Below, one piece after another: positions 1 to 9,110 of a DNA stretch of 64,000 nt (position 1 is the stretch's first letter; each line of letters starts with the position of its first letter). The stretch covers positions 1 through 64,000 of the forward strand of contig CAYUVA010000016.1 in NCBI GenBank assembly GCA_964448115.1. The letters run 5' to 3'. The translations under genes and the position numbers were made by a program. This DNA is from an uncultured bacterium. GTDB lineage: Bacteria > CAYUVA01. The notes below the pieces were generated by a model. It was given only the letters and a program-made list of their open reading frames with translations. It was not told the origin of the DNA and did not search any database.

Positions 1-1
1 G

Positions 2-238
2 CTGGCAATGGTGTCGGATCCATCCGGTCTTGGCATCGCTGAGGTCGAGATATTCATCATGCAGGCGCCAACCGGTGTTCTCCTTGTCGAGGTAGATCCG
101 GCAAACCACATCTTCATTCTGCCGAAGGCTGAGATAATGCCGGGGCTTGCCTCTGAAACCTTCCTTTTAAAGCTAGTTGCCCGGGATTCTTTCATGTATG
201 AAAGCAATCCCTGGCCGAGCCTGAAGGTATTGGAATAA
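2..238 (+). CDS. 3' end of a gene truncated by the window edge; hypothetical protein
   Basis: The frame is open from position 2 (CTG GCA ATG) to the TAA ending at 238. It ends ...LKLVARDSFMYESNPWPSLKVLE. Confidence 0.6.
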   Translation: MAMVSDPSGLGIAEVEIFIMQAPTGVLLVEVDPANHIFILPKAEIMPGLASETFLLKLVARDSFMYESNPWPSLKVLE

Positions 239-329
239 AATATGATTACCACCGCTAAAATGCATAGCTTCCATGCTTTGTTTATGGCAACCATGCTTCA
301 ACTGCGGTACATGTAAGGAGGTCATCATC

Positions 330-2129
330 ATGCGCAGATGGATGGTTATCTTAGCTCTTATCGTTGCTGTGGGATTTGTCAGCTATTGCTCCCACAAGGA
401 TCGGATTCGCCTTTATACCAAGTGGACATCGAGAGGCTTAAACTACAAGGGTGGAGACATCACCATCAAGAATGCTAGAATATGGACTGGAGATCCCGCA
501 GATCCCTGGAAGTCTGCTATGACGATCAAGAATGGGGAGATCGTTGCAATGAATGCAGATAAGCCATCCGGCAAGGTGATCGACGCGGAGGGAAGGCTTA
601 TATTGCCTGGCTTCTGCGATGGACACTGCCACCCACAGACGCCTTATGTGCTGGTGAGTCCAGAGGCTCCAACATTATTCCACTGTAAAACTCCTGAAGA
701 AGTGCTTGACGAGGTGCGTAAGTATGTGGAGGAACACCCGGAAGATAAATATCCACGCATGTTCGGATGGGAAGCATATATCTTCGAGGAAGGAGTTAAG
801 CCGACAAGACAGATGCTAGACGAGGTTATAGCAGATAAGCCTTGCTATCTTGTACACCATAGTGGGCATGTGCATTGGGCAAACACCAGGGCGCTGGAGC
901 TTGCTGGCATACTTTACGAAACCCCGCCTGAAATGAGCTATACCGGTCATATCGAGCGCGATCCAGAAACCGGTATGGCAACCGGTTACCTCTCAGAAAC
1001 TGAGCTTGGCTCGACCGCAGGAGTGCTACTCAATACCGTAAAAAAGGTGCAGCCATATTCCTTTGAGGAAGTGGTGCTGATTCAACGCATGATCCTGGAG
1101 ATGTATGCTGAGACCGGCGTTACCAGCATTCATACCAAAGATGGCGACCCGGATATCGTACGAATTTACATGCAGATACTAGAAGACGATGCCCTGCCGG
1201 TACGGGCGGTTATGGATAATCTTTATACCCCCTGGAATACGATGGAGGACTTCCAACAATGGGCTGATTTGCACAAACAAATTCAGAATTCCGATCTCCC
1301 CAAGGGATTTCTCAAGGCTAACGGCGTGAAGTTGATGGTCGATCTTCCAGTGCATACTTGGATGTTCGAGCCTTATGCGAATGATCCAGAAAATGCTGGC
1401 AAAGAGGTCTGGAAGAGAGAGGAGATCCTGAACCAGATGCTAACCGCTGATAGGCTGGGATTGACCATAAACCTCTTAACTATGGGCGATCGTGCTGTGC
1501 ACGAAGCCCTGAATCTCCTTGATGATGTCAACAAGCTGAATCCACCCCGCCCCAGAAGACACACCCTAGAACATGCTGAATTCATAAAGGATGAGGATAT
1601 TCCACGCATAGCAGAGATGGGTGTCCTGGTGGTGATGAATCCCACATTCTCCTATCCATTGATGGATTACCAGCACGAGATCGAGGCAACCTTCGGTAAG
1701 GAAAGAATGGACAAGGAATACCAGCGCTGGAAAGATTTGATCGCATCTGGTGTCTATGTGGTTTGTGGAAGCGACTTCCCATTGACACCGATGGACCCGC
1801 TGCTTGGTATCCATGTTATGGTAACTGGCGCTGATAAAAACGGCTTGCCTGAGGGTGGTTTATGGCCACACAAGAACACAACCGTTGAGGATGCACTGCG
1901 AACATACACTACCAATGCAGCTTATGGATCATTCGACGAGGCAAGGATGGGTTACCTCAAGGTAGGGTATGTTGGAGATTTCGTGATGCTCTCTGAGAAT
2001 ATCCTGGATCCCGCTTTTGACACCGATCGACTCATCAAGGTAAAACCGATGCTGACCGTGTTCAATGGTCATATAATCCACAAAGATCTAAGCGAGGGAG
2101 ACAGGGAGATAGACTTCGGCAGCCTGTAA
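330..2129 (+). CDS. Amidohydrolase 3 (YtcJ-like) family protein with N-terminal signal/membrane anchor
   Basis: Motifs IDAEGRLILPGFCDGHCH, GHVHWANTRALELAGI, TLEHAE, GSDFP and YTTNAAYGSFDE. The SD AAGGAGG at 315-321 favours ATG 330 over the ORF-track start at 273. Confidence 0.9.
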   Translation: MRRWMVILALIVAVGFVSYCSHKDRIRLYTKWTSRGLNYKGGDITIKNARIWTGDPADPWKSAMTIKNGEIVAMNADKPSGKVIDAEGRLILPGFCDGHCHPQTPYVLVSPEAPTLFHCKTPEEVLDEVRKYVEEHPEDKYPRMFGWEAYIFEEGVKPTRQMLDEVIADKPCYLVHHSGHVHWANTRALELAGILYETPPEMSYTGHIERDPETGMATGYLSETELGSTAGVLLNTVKKVQPYSFEEVVLIQRMILEMYAETGVTSIHTKDGDPDIVRIYMQILEDDALPVRAVMDNLYTPWNTMEDFQQWADLHKQIQNSDLPKGFLKANGVKLMVDLPVHTWMFEPYANDPENAGKEVWKREEILNQMLTADRLGLTINLLTMGDRAVHEALNLLDDVNKLNPPRPRRHTLEHAEFIKDEDIPRIAEMGVLVVMNPTFSYPLMDYQHEIEATFGKERMDKEYQRWKDLIASGVYVVCGSDFPLTPMDPLLGIHVMVTGADKNGLPEGGLWPHKNTTVEDALRTYTTNAAYGSFDEARMGYLKVGYVGDFVMLSENILDPAFDTDRLIKVKPMLTVFNGHIIHKDLSEGDREIDFGSL

Positions 2130-2282
2130 TATGCCCTAGTTTACAGAAAATTAAGGGCAGATCAGAAAAATCGGAACAAGCTCGCACCTGAAAAGAGCAG
2201 TTTGGATATGAAAATTTTCAAATGCTATAATTCCCTATCTTTCCAGACAAGTAATCCAAAGCCGAAATGCTTAATTGGGGAT

Positions 2283-3461
2283 TCAGGGAATTATTTCTGC
2301 CTCGATATTGCCATCCTTGAGGTAGGTCTTGATCCTTGCGCTTGTATTTATATTTCTCTTTAGCAATTGCAATGCTACCTCATTCTCGATCAGATTCTGT
2401 ATGGCTCGCTTTAATGGTCTAGCCCCGTAGTTTGGATCGAATCCGACCTCAGCCAGATGTTGATAGACCTGTTGCTCTATCTCAAGGGTTATGTCTTTTT
2501 CAGCCAATCGCTTCTGTATGCGCTCGATAAGCAGATGCACGCTCTGTATCACCTGTTCCCTGGTGAGCGGCTCGAAGATGATTATATCATCGATGCGGTT
2601 GAGAAACTCGGGCTTGAAGAACGATTGCAGTTCCTTAGTTACCGCCTGGCGCATCCGCTCTAACTCCTGTTTAAGCTGTTCCTGGCTGATATCTGGTGTC
2701 AGGGAGTGTATAAACCTGGAGCCGAGGTTGGAGGTCATAATTACAATAGTATTTCTGAAGTCAACGGTCTTACCCTTTGGGTCGGTAAGTCTTCCATCAT
2801 CGAGCAATTGGAGCAACAGGTGAAAGACCTCAGGGTGTGCTTTTTCGATCTCATCAAAAAGCACCACCGAGTATGGTTTGCGTCTGATCGCCTCGGTCAG
2901 TTGCCCCCCTTCCTCGTAGCCGACATATCCTGGAGGTGCTCCAATGAGCCTTGAGACAGAGAATTTCTCCATATATTCGGACATATCGATGCGCACCGGG
3001 GCAGCCTGGTCGATGAGATCAAGCGCCTTGTCAGGTACAAAGCGGTCGGTGATATACCGTGCAGAGAGCTTGGCGGCTGCCACGATGGCATCGTCGGTTA
3101 TGCAGACATCATGGTGTTTTTCATATTTATCCTTCAATCCATGCAGAATTTTTATAGTGTCCTCGATGGAGGGTTCTTCGACCAGCACTGGCTGGAACCT
3201 TCGCTGCGTGGCGCCATCTTTCTCGATATATTTTCGCTATTCATCGATCGTTGTAGCGCCCACGCATTGCAGCTCCCCGCGAGCGAGCGCCGGCTTTAAC
3301 ATGTTGGATGCATCGATGCTCCCCTCGGCAGCGCCGGCTCCGACAACATTATGCAGCTCGTCTATGAAAAGGATGATTTTTCCGGCTGCTTGCTTTACCT
3401 TGTCGATGATCGTCTTTAGCCTCTCCTCGAATTCGCCACGGTATTTAGCGCCGGCGACCAC
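2283..3461 (-). pseudogene. clpB: clpB/clpC-type AAA+ chaperone remnant (5' truncation, in-frame TAG, internal in-frame deletion)
   Basis: The two minus-strand ORFs share a frame: [145 protein letters not shown]. Neither Walker A motif is present. Confidence 0.85.
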
Positions 3462-3803
3462 GTACGAATTTTTATTTCCTTAATCAGCGCACGGTAACTA
3501 TATTCATGTCTATTGATAAGAAAATGTTCTGCCATTACATTATATATTGTATTTATATGTTTTTATTGAATTTGATCGAAAATCCACCTAGCCAATCTCT
3601 CTTTGATAGTCTTAGGGGGCGATGATCCTTAATTTGTGGGCTTTATAAGCCAGGTGATCTCCCTTAATTTCTTTCATCAATAAAAAAATCACAACCATTT
3701 TGTGCTAAATTCAGCCTTCAATGTGTGCTAACTGTCTATTTATTAAAACAATTATTTTATAATACATTTATAAGCTGATAACAATAAATCAAGGATATTA
3801 TTA

Positions 3804-3832
3804 TTGACAATGGCTATAAGATGATTTATATT
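3804..3832 (+). promoter_or_regulatory. Sigma70-type promoter for the 1756-aa gene (probably leaderless transcript)
   Basis: TTGACA (3804-3809), 17-nt spacer, TATATT (3827-3832). The ATG is at 3840 with no SD. Confidence 0.6.
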
Positions 3833-3839
3833 ATATTAT

Positions 3840-6800
3840 ATGAAGATAGCGTTGGAAATAATTATAGTATCGCTTTTTACTATTGTTATACTTGGATTTT
3901 CTCTGATATATAATTCCTGCGAGAGCTGTCATGGACCGACTCCGACCCCATCCCCTGAACCAACATCAGCTACTATTCCGCCTACCTTTACTAATAGTCC
4001 TAGTTTCACACCCACTTGTACTCTCTCTCAAACACCTACCGAAACCGCGATAGATACCCCAACTCCCACAAGTACACCATACGATACCTTCACGCCGACT
4101 ACTATTATCACTAGCACTCCTACTGCCAGTTTCACGCCTAGTTTCACAGCAACCCCGACAGCAACTCGCACACCGACTGCAACATATTCCCCTAGCCCGA
4201 CAATTCCGTGCATTCATTTCGACAGGGATTTATACATCGGTTACGGAGATAGAGCTGTCATAACCGTTTATGATCCTTCAGCAAACAAGGACCCGAAGCA
4301 GCAGGAACAGGTTACAATACATGTCTCCGAGGCGGGGAGCTGCAACGGCATCCAATGCATATTAACTCTCAATCTAACAGAAACATCAAGGGATAGTGGG
4401 ATCTTCAGCACCCATGCAGCCTTAAAAAATATTGGATTTGGTCATTGCGGTGATTGTGGCAAAGAATTTGCTGGTAAGGTGCATCTCTCTGTTGAAAGCG
4501 AGGCATACATCACCGCGTTATATACCTCTTATCCTATAATGGATGAAAGGTTAGCCTTGGGAAAGGGAAAGTTGCCCAGTTTTACATTTTCAAAGGACAC
4601 GATAAAGAAGAAATCCTGGGGCAGGCAATCAAATCCTCCCTGCGCTGCTTATGCCAGGTGGGTAGAAACGACGATTACTCCGACCTTTACGCCCACGGTA
4701 ACTCCCCGTTTCACTTGTACAAATCCACCTACCCCAGAGGGAGCGGTTTATTTCGATAGCTTCGAGGTTAAACCGCCTAATGGTATGGAATGGACACTTA
4801 CAAGACACGGCTTTTGGCATTATGACGGACCAAGCAGCCGTTTCCCTGAGGTTCACACCGGGTGTCGTTCACTACATTTTGCCAATAAACTGACCGGCAA
4901 CTACGACACTGGTGAAATTGTGAAAGCTGATGCTATCACACCGTTGTTTTATGTACAAGGTCAATGTTACCTGAAGTTTTGGAGCTTCGAGGAGGTGCAG
5001 CCGGATCACAACGGATGGTATGACATACGAATGGTCTTTATTTCTCCCTGGGATGATCAGCTTTGGTATCCGATCTGGATGTCATCGCTCTCAAAGTGCG
5101 ACTGGCGAGAGGTAACCATCGACCTTAGCATGTATCAAGATACCTTTATCCAGTTGTTGTTCCATTTCAACTCGATGACCCGAAGCAAGAACAACTATCG
5201 AGGTTGGTATATCGATGATATAGCTGTATTCCCCTACCCAGAGGATACTCGATTGATTCCCAAGAAACGATTTGCTCCAACTAAGGGATTTACCCTTGAG
5301 GAGCTTGGTGGCTACCCGCTCGGACCCCCCTCAGGGATACAATCTCGAGAAATAACGGGTGGGGTGGGATTAACTTGGGAAGAAGTCAGTGGAGCAGAAG
5401 GATACAGGGTTTACCGATACGAGGGACCCGCATCCGGATACACCACTTTACAGACCGAGTTCGAGGATTATACTGCCAAAGAAGGGGTAAGCTATCTCTA
5501 TGAAGTATGTTCCTTGAGTCCAGAAGGCTCTGAAAGTGAGCCATCAGAGCCGGTAGAAGGTATGTGGGCAAGACCCTCGCCACCGAGCGGTTTCTCAGCC
5601 TTCGGCTCTGATGGCACCGTTTACTTGGAATGGATATGCAATCCGGTTGAAGAGCAGGTTGCTGAATACCTGGTATATGATGATTACGCAACCTACCCGA
5701 TCAAGCGAACCTACTGGTGTTATACTGAATTAGCTTGGACTAGATCTAATACTTATCATGTTCGGGCTATCGATGAGGCTTACAATTTAAGCGATCCTTC
5801 TCTTCCAGCATCGGTTGGTGAGCCAGACGGTCCATCCCCTACTCCCGACCTAAGTCCACCGGATATTTATCTTGAGGAAAAAAGTGATTGGATAATCGAT
5901 ATCTTCCATTACACCAAACCTTCTGTTGCTCGCTACGAGGTCGAACTTTTTCGAGATGATATCAATATCGACAGCTTGACCTGCATTTGTGAGGGAGATC
6001 ACGAGGGTTTGTGTAGTTATTACCTGGAGTATCCTGATCAGCCGGGAGTCTATTACGCTAACGCGAGGGCATGTTCTGACTACCAAGGTTACGATTGCGG
6101 AGGCTATAAAAGCTCCCACCAGGTCTATGTAGGCGCTCCACCAATAAAAATACTTAAAGAGACTAATTACCAGGTCGATGATGGTTCGTTATTCGTAACA
6201 TTTGGGTGGCTGCCGGACTTTAGCGAGGAACTTTGGTACTATGGAAATCTTACAGTATTTGATCCCATGCCTCCTTATGAGTTTCCCGAGCAACTAACAT
6301 CCAGCCAAAGTATAAATTTCGCCGATGAGTGGTTTGACTATGATTATACGAAGATCCAGATACAAGTAAGTGCATTCGACTACCTGCATAATTACCTCGG
6401 TTACCCAAGGACATATCTATGGCATATTCCAACCTTGACACCAACACCAACTGCACTACAGTCGGGCACCCCGACACCGTTTAGAACGCCACCACCCTTT
6501 TCAACGCCTACCCATAACGGCTGTGGCAATCAACCCTCGATAATCTCTTGCATTACCGATGAGGAAGGATGTTTTTTATACTTGTTTGGCGATCCGGCCG
6601 GTGGCTATGACCAGGTTCGAATCGAGTTTGAAAATATATATGAAGACTGGAGTTGTCCACCGATAGCGCCGGAATTTCCATGCGATAACAAGCCGATAGA
6701 GTTCGATGGGGATCCTGATGATGTTGAGCTTCGACTGGTGCATTATCCTTTGCAGGATCTGGGAGCGGAGCTAGAGGTCGTGGGAAGTAATCGTTACGCT

Positions 6801-9110
6801 CTGCTATGGGATGGCATAATGGATTACGGTGATAATCCGCAATATCCTTATAGCCTTCAAATACTTCCCACAAAATATGGGAAAAGATACTACCCTTTGC
6901 AAGCAAAGGTATTGTTAACCGAGACCTTCCTCAACCCGGACTGTAGCTCTTATGAGAACCAGGTGGGCAGTCAGTTTGCCAATCTATATGCAGTTCCTAA
7001 TGCATTCGATCTCAAGGTCAAAAATGGATGGGATACTCACTGGCATGATCGAGTAGAACTCGATATCCCAGGATATCATTCCCAGGTCGATATCGGATTC
7101 TGGTGGCAGCCAGAGCAAAGCGCCTGTTATTTTAAGCCCTATATATTGAAGGAGAACAACCAGACCATCTGGACGACCAAGCCTATTTATGTCTCTGGCA
7201 AACCGTTTGCTCATTACCTTGAGTCCGAGCCTAATTATGTATTTCAATGGAATTGTAAAGATCTTCAGGATAAGTGGATCCCCAGCGGCACCTATCGTGT
7301 AGTCGCTGAGATCTCAAATGTTCCCGGAGATTCAGAAAGACAGATCTCGCTCAAACCCTGGTTATTATATCTAGAGGCTCCAAAGTTAGAGGTTATCGGA
7401 TGCGATGAGGAGTCTGAGGGATATGTAATTAACCTGGAGCCTCAGCTTCCAGTGATGGTCGGTGCAACTCAATCCGGCGCATATCCAGTTTATACTTATG
7501 AGGATGACCAGGTTGTCTATGATTACATCCCTTTTGTAAACACCAACACAATAACTTGCAAGGTACATATTCCCGATGATGAGAAGTGGGATCCTGACTG
7601 GCGGGGAGAGTTATTCCTAAGAATCGATCAAGGAAATGATCTTCTCGATTTCGCAGAAAATGGTCAAGATCAAATAGTGGTCGAGTTGACCGAAGACATT
7701 TTAAACCCGGGTACAGCTACAGCTTATGTCGATCTGATAGCAGTTCAGGATATCCAACAACCATTCTCACTAGTTACCATTAAGGGCTATTTCACGCCGA
7801 GTTCTCCGGGGAAAAAGACCTACAATCCCTGCGAGGATGATTTTGCATTAACAATCGTTGTTTCTAGACCCAGTCTTTGGGTTAATGGAGTATCTTTTAT
7901 CAAGGGATTTATCGGTGGCTCCAATGGAGAAGCCGCTTCAACATTCGGTGATATAGCATCCTCAGTGCTTATCTGGGGAGATGTTCGCGATCTTGTAGTC
8001 GAGCTTTACAACTTGATCATTCCCGGTCAGGAATTCGATGAATTCAAGGCCGGTTTCGCAGCAATTGGCTTAGGGTTCGAGTTCGGCTCCCTACCGGCTG
8101 ATATACCTGATTTCTTTGCAGCTACCATCAAATCATGCGGTAAGACCGCTGGAAAGAAGCTTTGTAGATACATTCTCGATGTTGCCCATAGCACAAAGGG
8201 GCTTGGTCTAGCTCATGTCGAGGATCTGGTGCGCTATGTCAGTGTAAGAGTTCCACAAATAGATCTTCTCTGCCGTTATCAACCTTTTGAGTTTAGTTAC
8301 CTCCATGATTTCTTAAAGGCTTACGGTGATCGAACTGCTGCGCTGATCGACGATATCATTAGTCGATATGGAGATGATATTGCTGCAAAGACCGTTATCC
8401 TGGTCGCCAAAGAGTCTGTTAGTTTAACTGATGACGGTATTAGAGGGCTTGCAAGGATCATAAAGGAGCACTCCGAGGAGGTTGCAGGTGCGATATGTGA
8501 AAGATATTCGAATGATGTAATAGAAAAAACCAGCCTTTTATTTCTCAATATCCATGAAAGTCATTTTAATATTACAGGTGATGGTGTAAAATACCTGGCG
8601 GAAATAATGACAGAAAAAGAGTATGATCCTTTTTTTAAGGCGGTTACTACCTTAAAAACCGAAGTTAGCATGCTAACTGATAATGACTTTAATATAATCT
8701 TGAAGAGAGGATCAAACGGAAGCGATTTGTCTAAGAATTGGATCAAAGGAAGATTAGGTGAACGATTTTATCAAGAATCCGGATGGTATAGCAATGTCTA
8801 TGGGGAGACTGGAGATGCTACCAGAACATTTGTTGATTTTGCTGATGCACCAAATGCTGATGATGCGACAATGATATGGGAGGTAAAGACAGGTGATCTT
8901 AATTACATAAAAAGATGCGATGCCCAGCTACGCAACTATGAACAGGCTTATGTAAATGCTGAAAAAAATCTAGTTTTACCAGATGATATTTATAGCAATT
9001 TACTTTCAAGTGAATATGGTGAAGAATTAATTTCTAGGGGATGGAATCTTGTTAACTCAGGCAGAAATCTTAAATATTATGAAGACCTAATGAAATCTCT
9101 ATCAAAATGA
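3840..9110 (+). CDS. Large secreted multidomain protein with probable C-terminal PD-(D/E)xK nuclease toxin domain (candidate polymorphic toxin)
   Basis: N-terminal hydrophobic signal/anchor, Pro/Thr-rich linkers, MAM/cleaved-adhesin-like domain (WREVTIDLS..GWYIDDI), FN3-like repeats (LTWEEVSGAEGYRVYR), FlgD-Ig-like motif (QWNCKDLQDKWIPSGTYRV), pre-toxin-like helical segment (GDIASSVLIWGDVRDLV) and a C-terminal KGRLGE..FVDFAD..WEVKTG..QLRNY. Confidence 0.75.
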   Translation: MKIALEIIIVSLFTIVILGFSLIYNSCESCHGPTPTPSPEPTSATIPPTFTNSPSFTPTCTLSQTPTETAIDTPTPTSTPYDTFTPTTIITSTPTASFTPSFTATPTATRTPTATYSPSPTIPCIHFDRDLYIGYGDRAVITVYDPSANKDPKQQEQVTIHVSEAGSCNGIQCILTLNLTETSRDSGIFSTHAALKNIGFGHCGDCGKEFAGKVHLSVESEAYITALYTSYPIMDERLALGKGKLPSFTFSKDTIKKKSWGRQSNPPCAAYARWVETTITPTFTPTVTPRFTCTNPPTPEGAVYFDSFEVKPPNGMEWTLTRHGFWHYDGPSSRFPEVHTGCRSLHFANKLTGNYDTGEIVKADAITPLFYVQGQCYLKFWSFEEVQPDHNGWYDIRMVFISPWDDQLWYPIWMSSLSKCDWREVTIDLSMYQDTFIQLLFHFNSMTRSKNNYRGWYIDDIAVFPYPEDTRLIPKKRFAPTKGFTLEELGGYPLGPPSGIQSREITGGVGLTWEEVSGAEGYRVYRYEGPASGYTTLQTEFEDYTAKEGVSYLYEVCSLSPEGSESEPSEPVEGMWARPSPPSGFSAFGSDGTVYLEWICNPVEEQVAEYLVYDDYATYPIKRTYWCYTELAWTRSNTYHVRAIDEAYNLSDPSLPASVGEPDGPSPTPDLSPPDIYLEEKSDWIIDIFHYTKPSVARYEVELFRDDINIDSLTCICEGDHEGLCSYYLEYPDQPGVYYANARACSDYQGYDCGGYKSSHQVYVGAPPIKILKETNYQVDDGSLFVTFGWLPDFSEELWYYGNLTVFDPMPPYEFPEQLTSSQSINFADEWFDYDYTKIQIQVSAFDYLHNYLGYPRTYLWHIPTLTPTPTALQSGTPTPFRTPPPFSTPTHNGCGNQPSIISCITDEEGCFLYLFGDPAGGYDQVRIEFENIYEDWSCPPIAPEFPCDNKPIEFDGDPDDVELRLVHYPLQDLGAELEVVGSNRYALLWDGIMDYGDNPQYPYSLQILPTKYGKRYYPLQAKVLLTETFLNPDCSSYENQVGSQFANLYAVPNAFDLKVKNGWDTHWHDRVELDIPGYHSQVDIGFWWQPEQSACYFKPYILKENNQTIWTTKPIYVSGKPFAHYLESEPNYVFQWNCKDLQDKWIPSGTYRVVAEISNVPGDSERQISLKPWLLYLEAPKLEVIGCDEESEGYVINLEPQLPVMVGATQSGAYPVYTYEDDQVVYDYIPFVNTNTITCKVHIPDDEKWDPDWRGELFLRIDQGNDLLDFAENGQDQIVVELTEDILNPGTATAYVDLIAVQDIQQPFSLVTIKGYFTPSSPGKKTYNPCEDDFALTIVVSRPSLWVNGVSFIKGFIGGSNGEAASTFGDIASSVLIWGDVRDLVVELYNLIIPGQEFDEFKAGFAAIGLGFEFGSLPADIPDFFAATIKSCGKTAGKKLCRYILDVAHSTKGLGLAHVEDLVRYVSVRVPQIDLLCRYQPFEFSYLHDFLKAYGDRTAALIDDIISRYGDDIAAKTVILVAKESVSLTDDGIRGLARIIKEHSEEVAGAICERYSNDVIEKTSLLFLNIHESHFNITGDGVKYLAEIMTEKEYDPFFKAVTTLKTEVSMLTDNDFNIILKRGSNGSDLSKNWIKGRLGERFYQESGWYSNVYGETGDATRTFVDFADAPNADDATMIWEVKTGDLNYIKRCDAQLRNYEQAYVNAEKNLVLPDDIYSNLLSSEYGEELISRGWNLVNSGRNLKYYEDLMKSLSK

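Noticed and set aside
3237-3239. Amber (pyrrolysine) read-through or recoding in clpB
   Set aside because: The position is a conserved Tyr one substitution from TAG, the gene has other inactivating lesions, and TAG ends normal genes in this window.
3702-3731. CIRCE operator upstream of the clpB remnant
   Set aside because: Only two directly repeated GTGCTAA half-sites are present, with no inverted TTAGCACTC-N9-GAGTGCTAA arrangement.
3918-3932. CxxCH (CESCH) heme-c motif in the 1756-aa protein
   Set aside because: It is a single motif between the signal helix and a PT linker with no cytochrome fold around it, in a Cys-rich protein. Probably chance.
3930-4205. Tandem DNA repeat or CRISPR-like array
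   Set aside because: The repetition is at protein level (Pro/Thr linker) with varied codons and no repeat-spacer periodicity.
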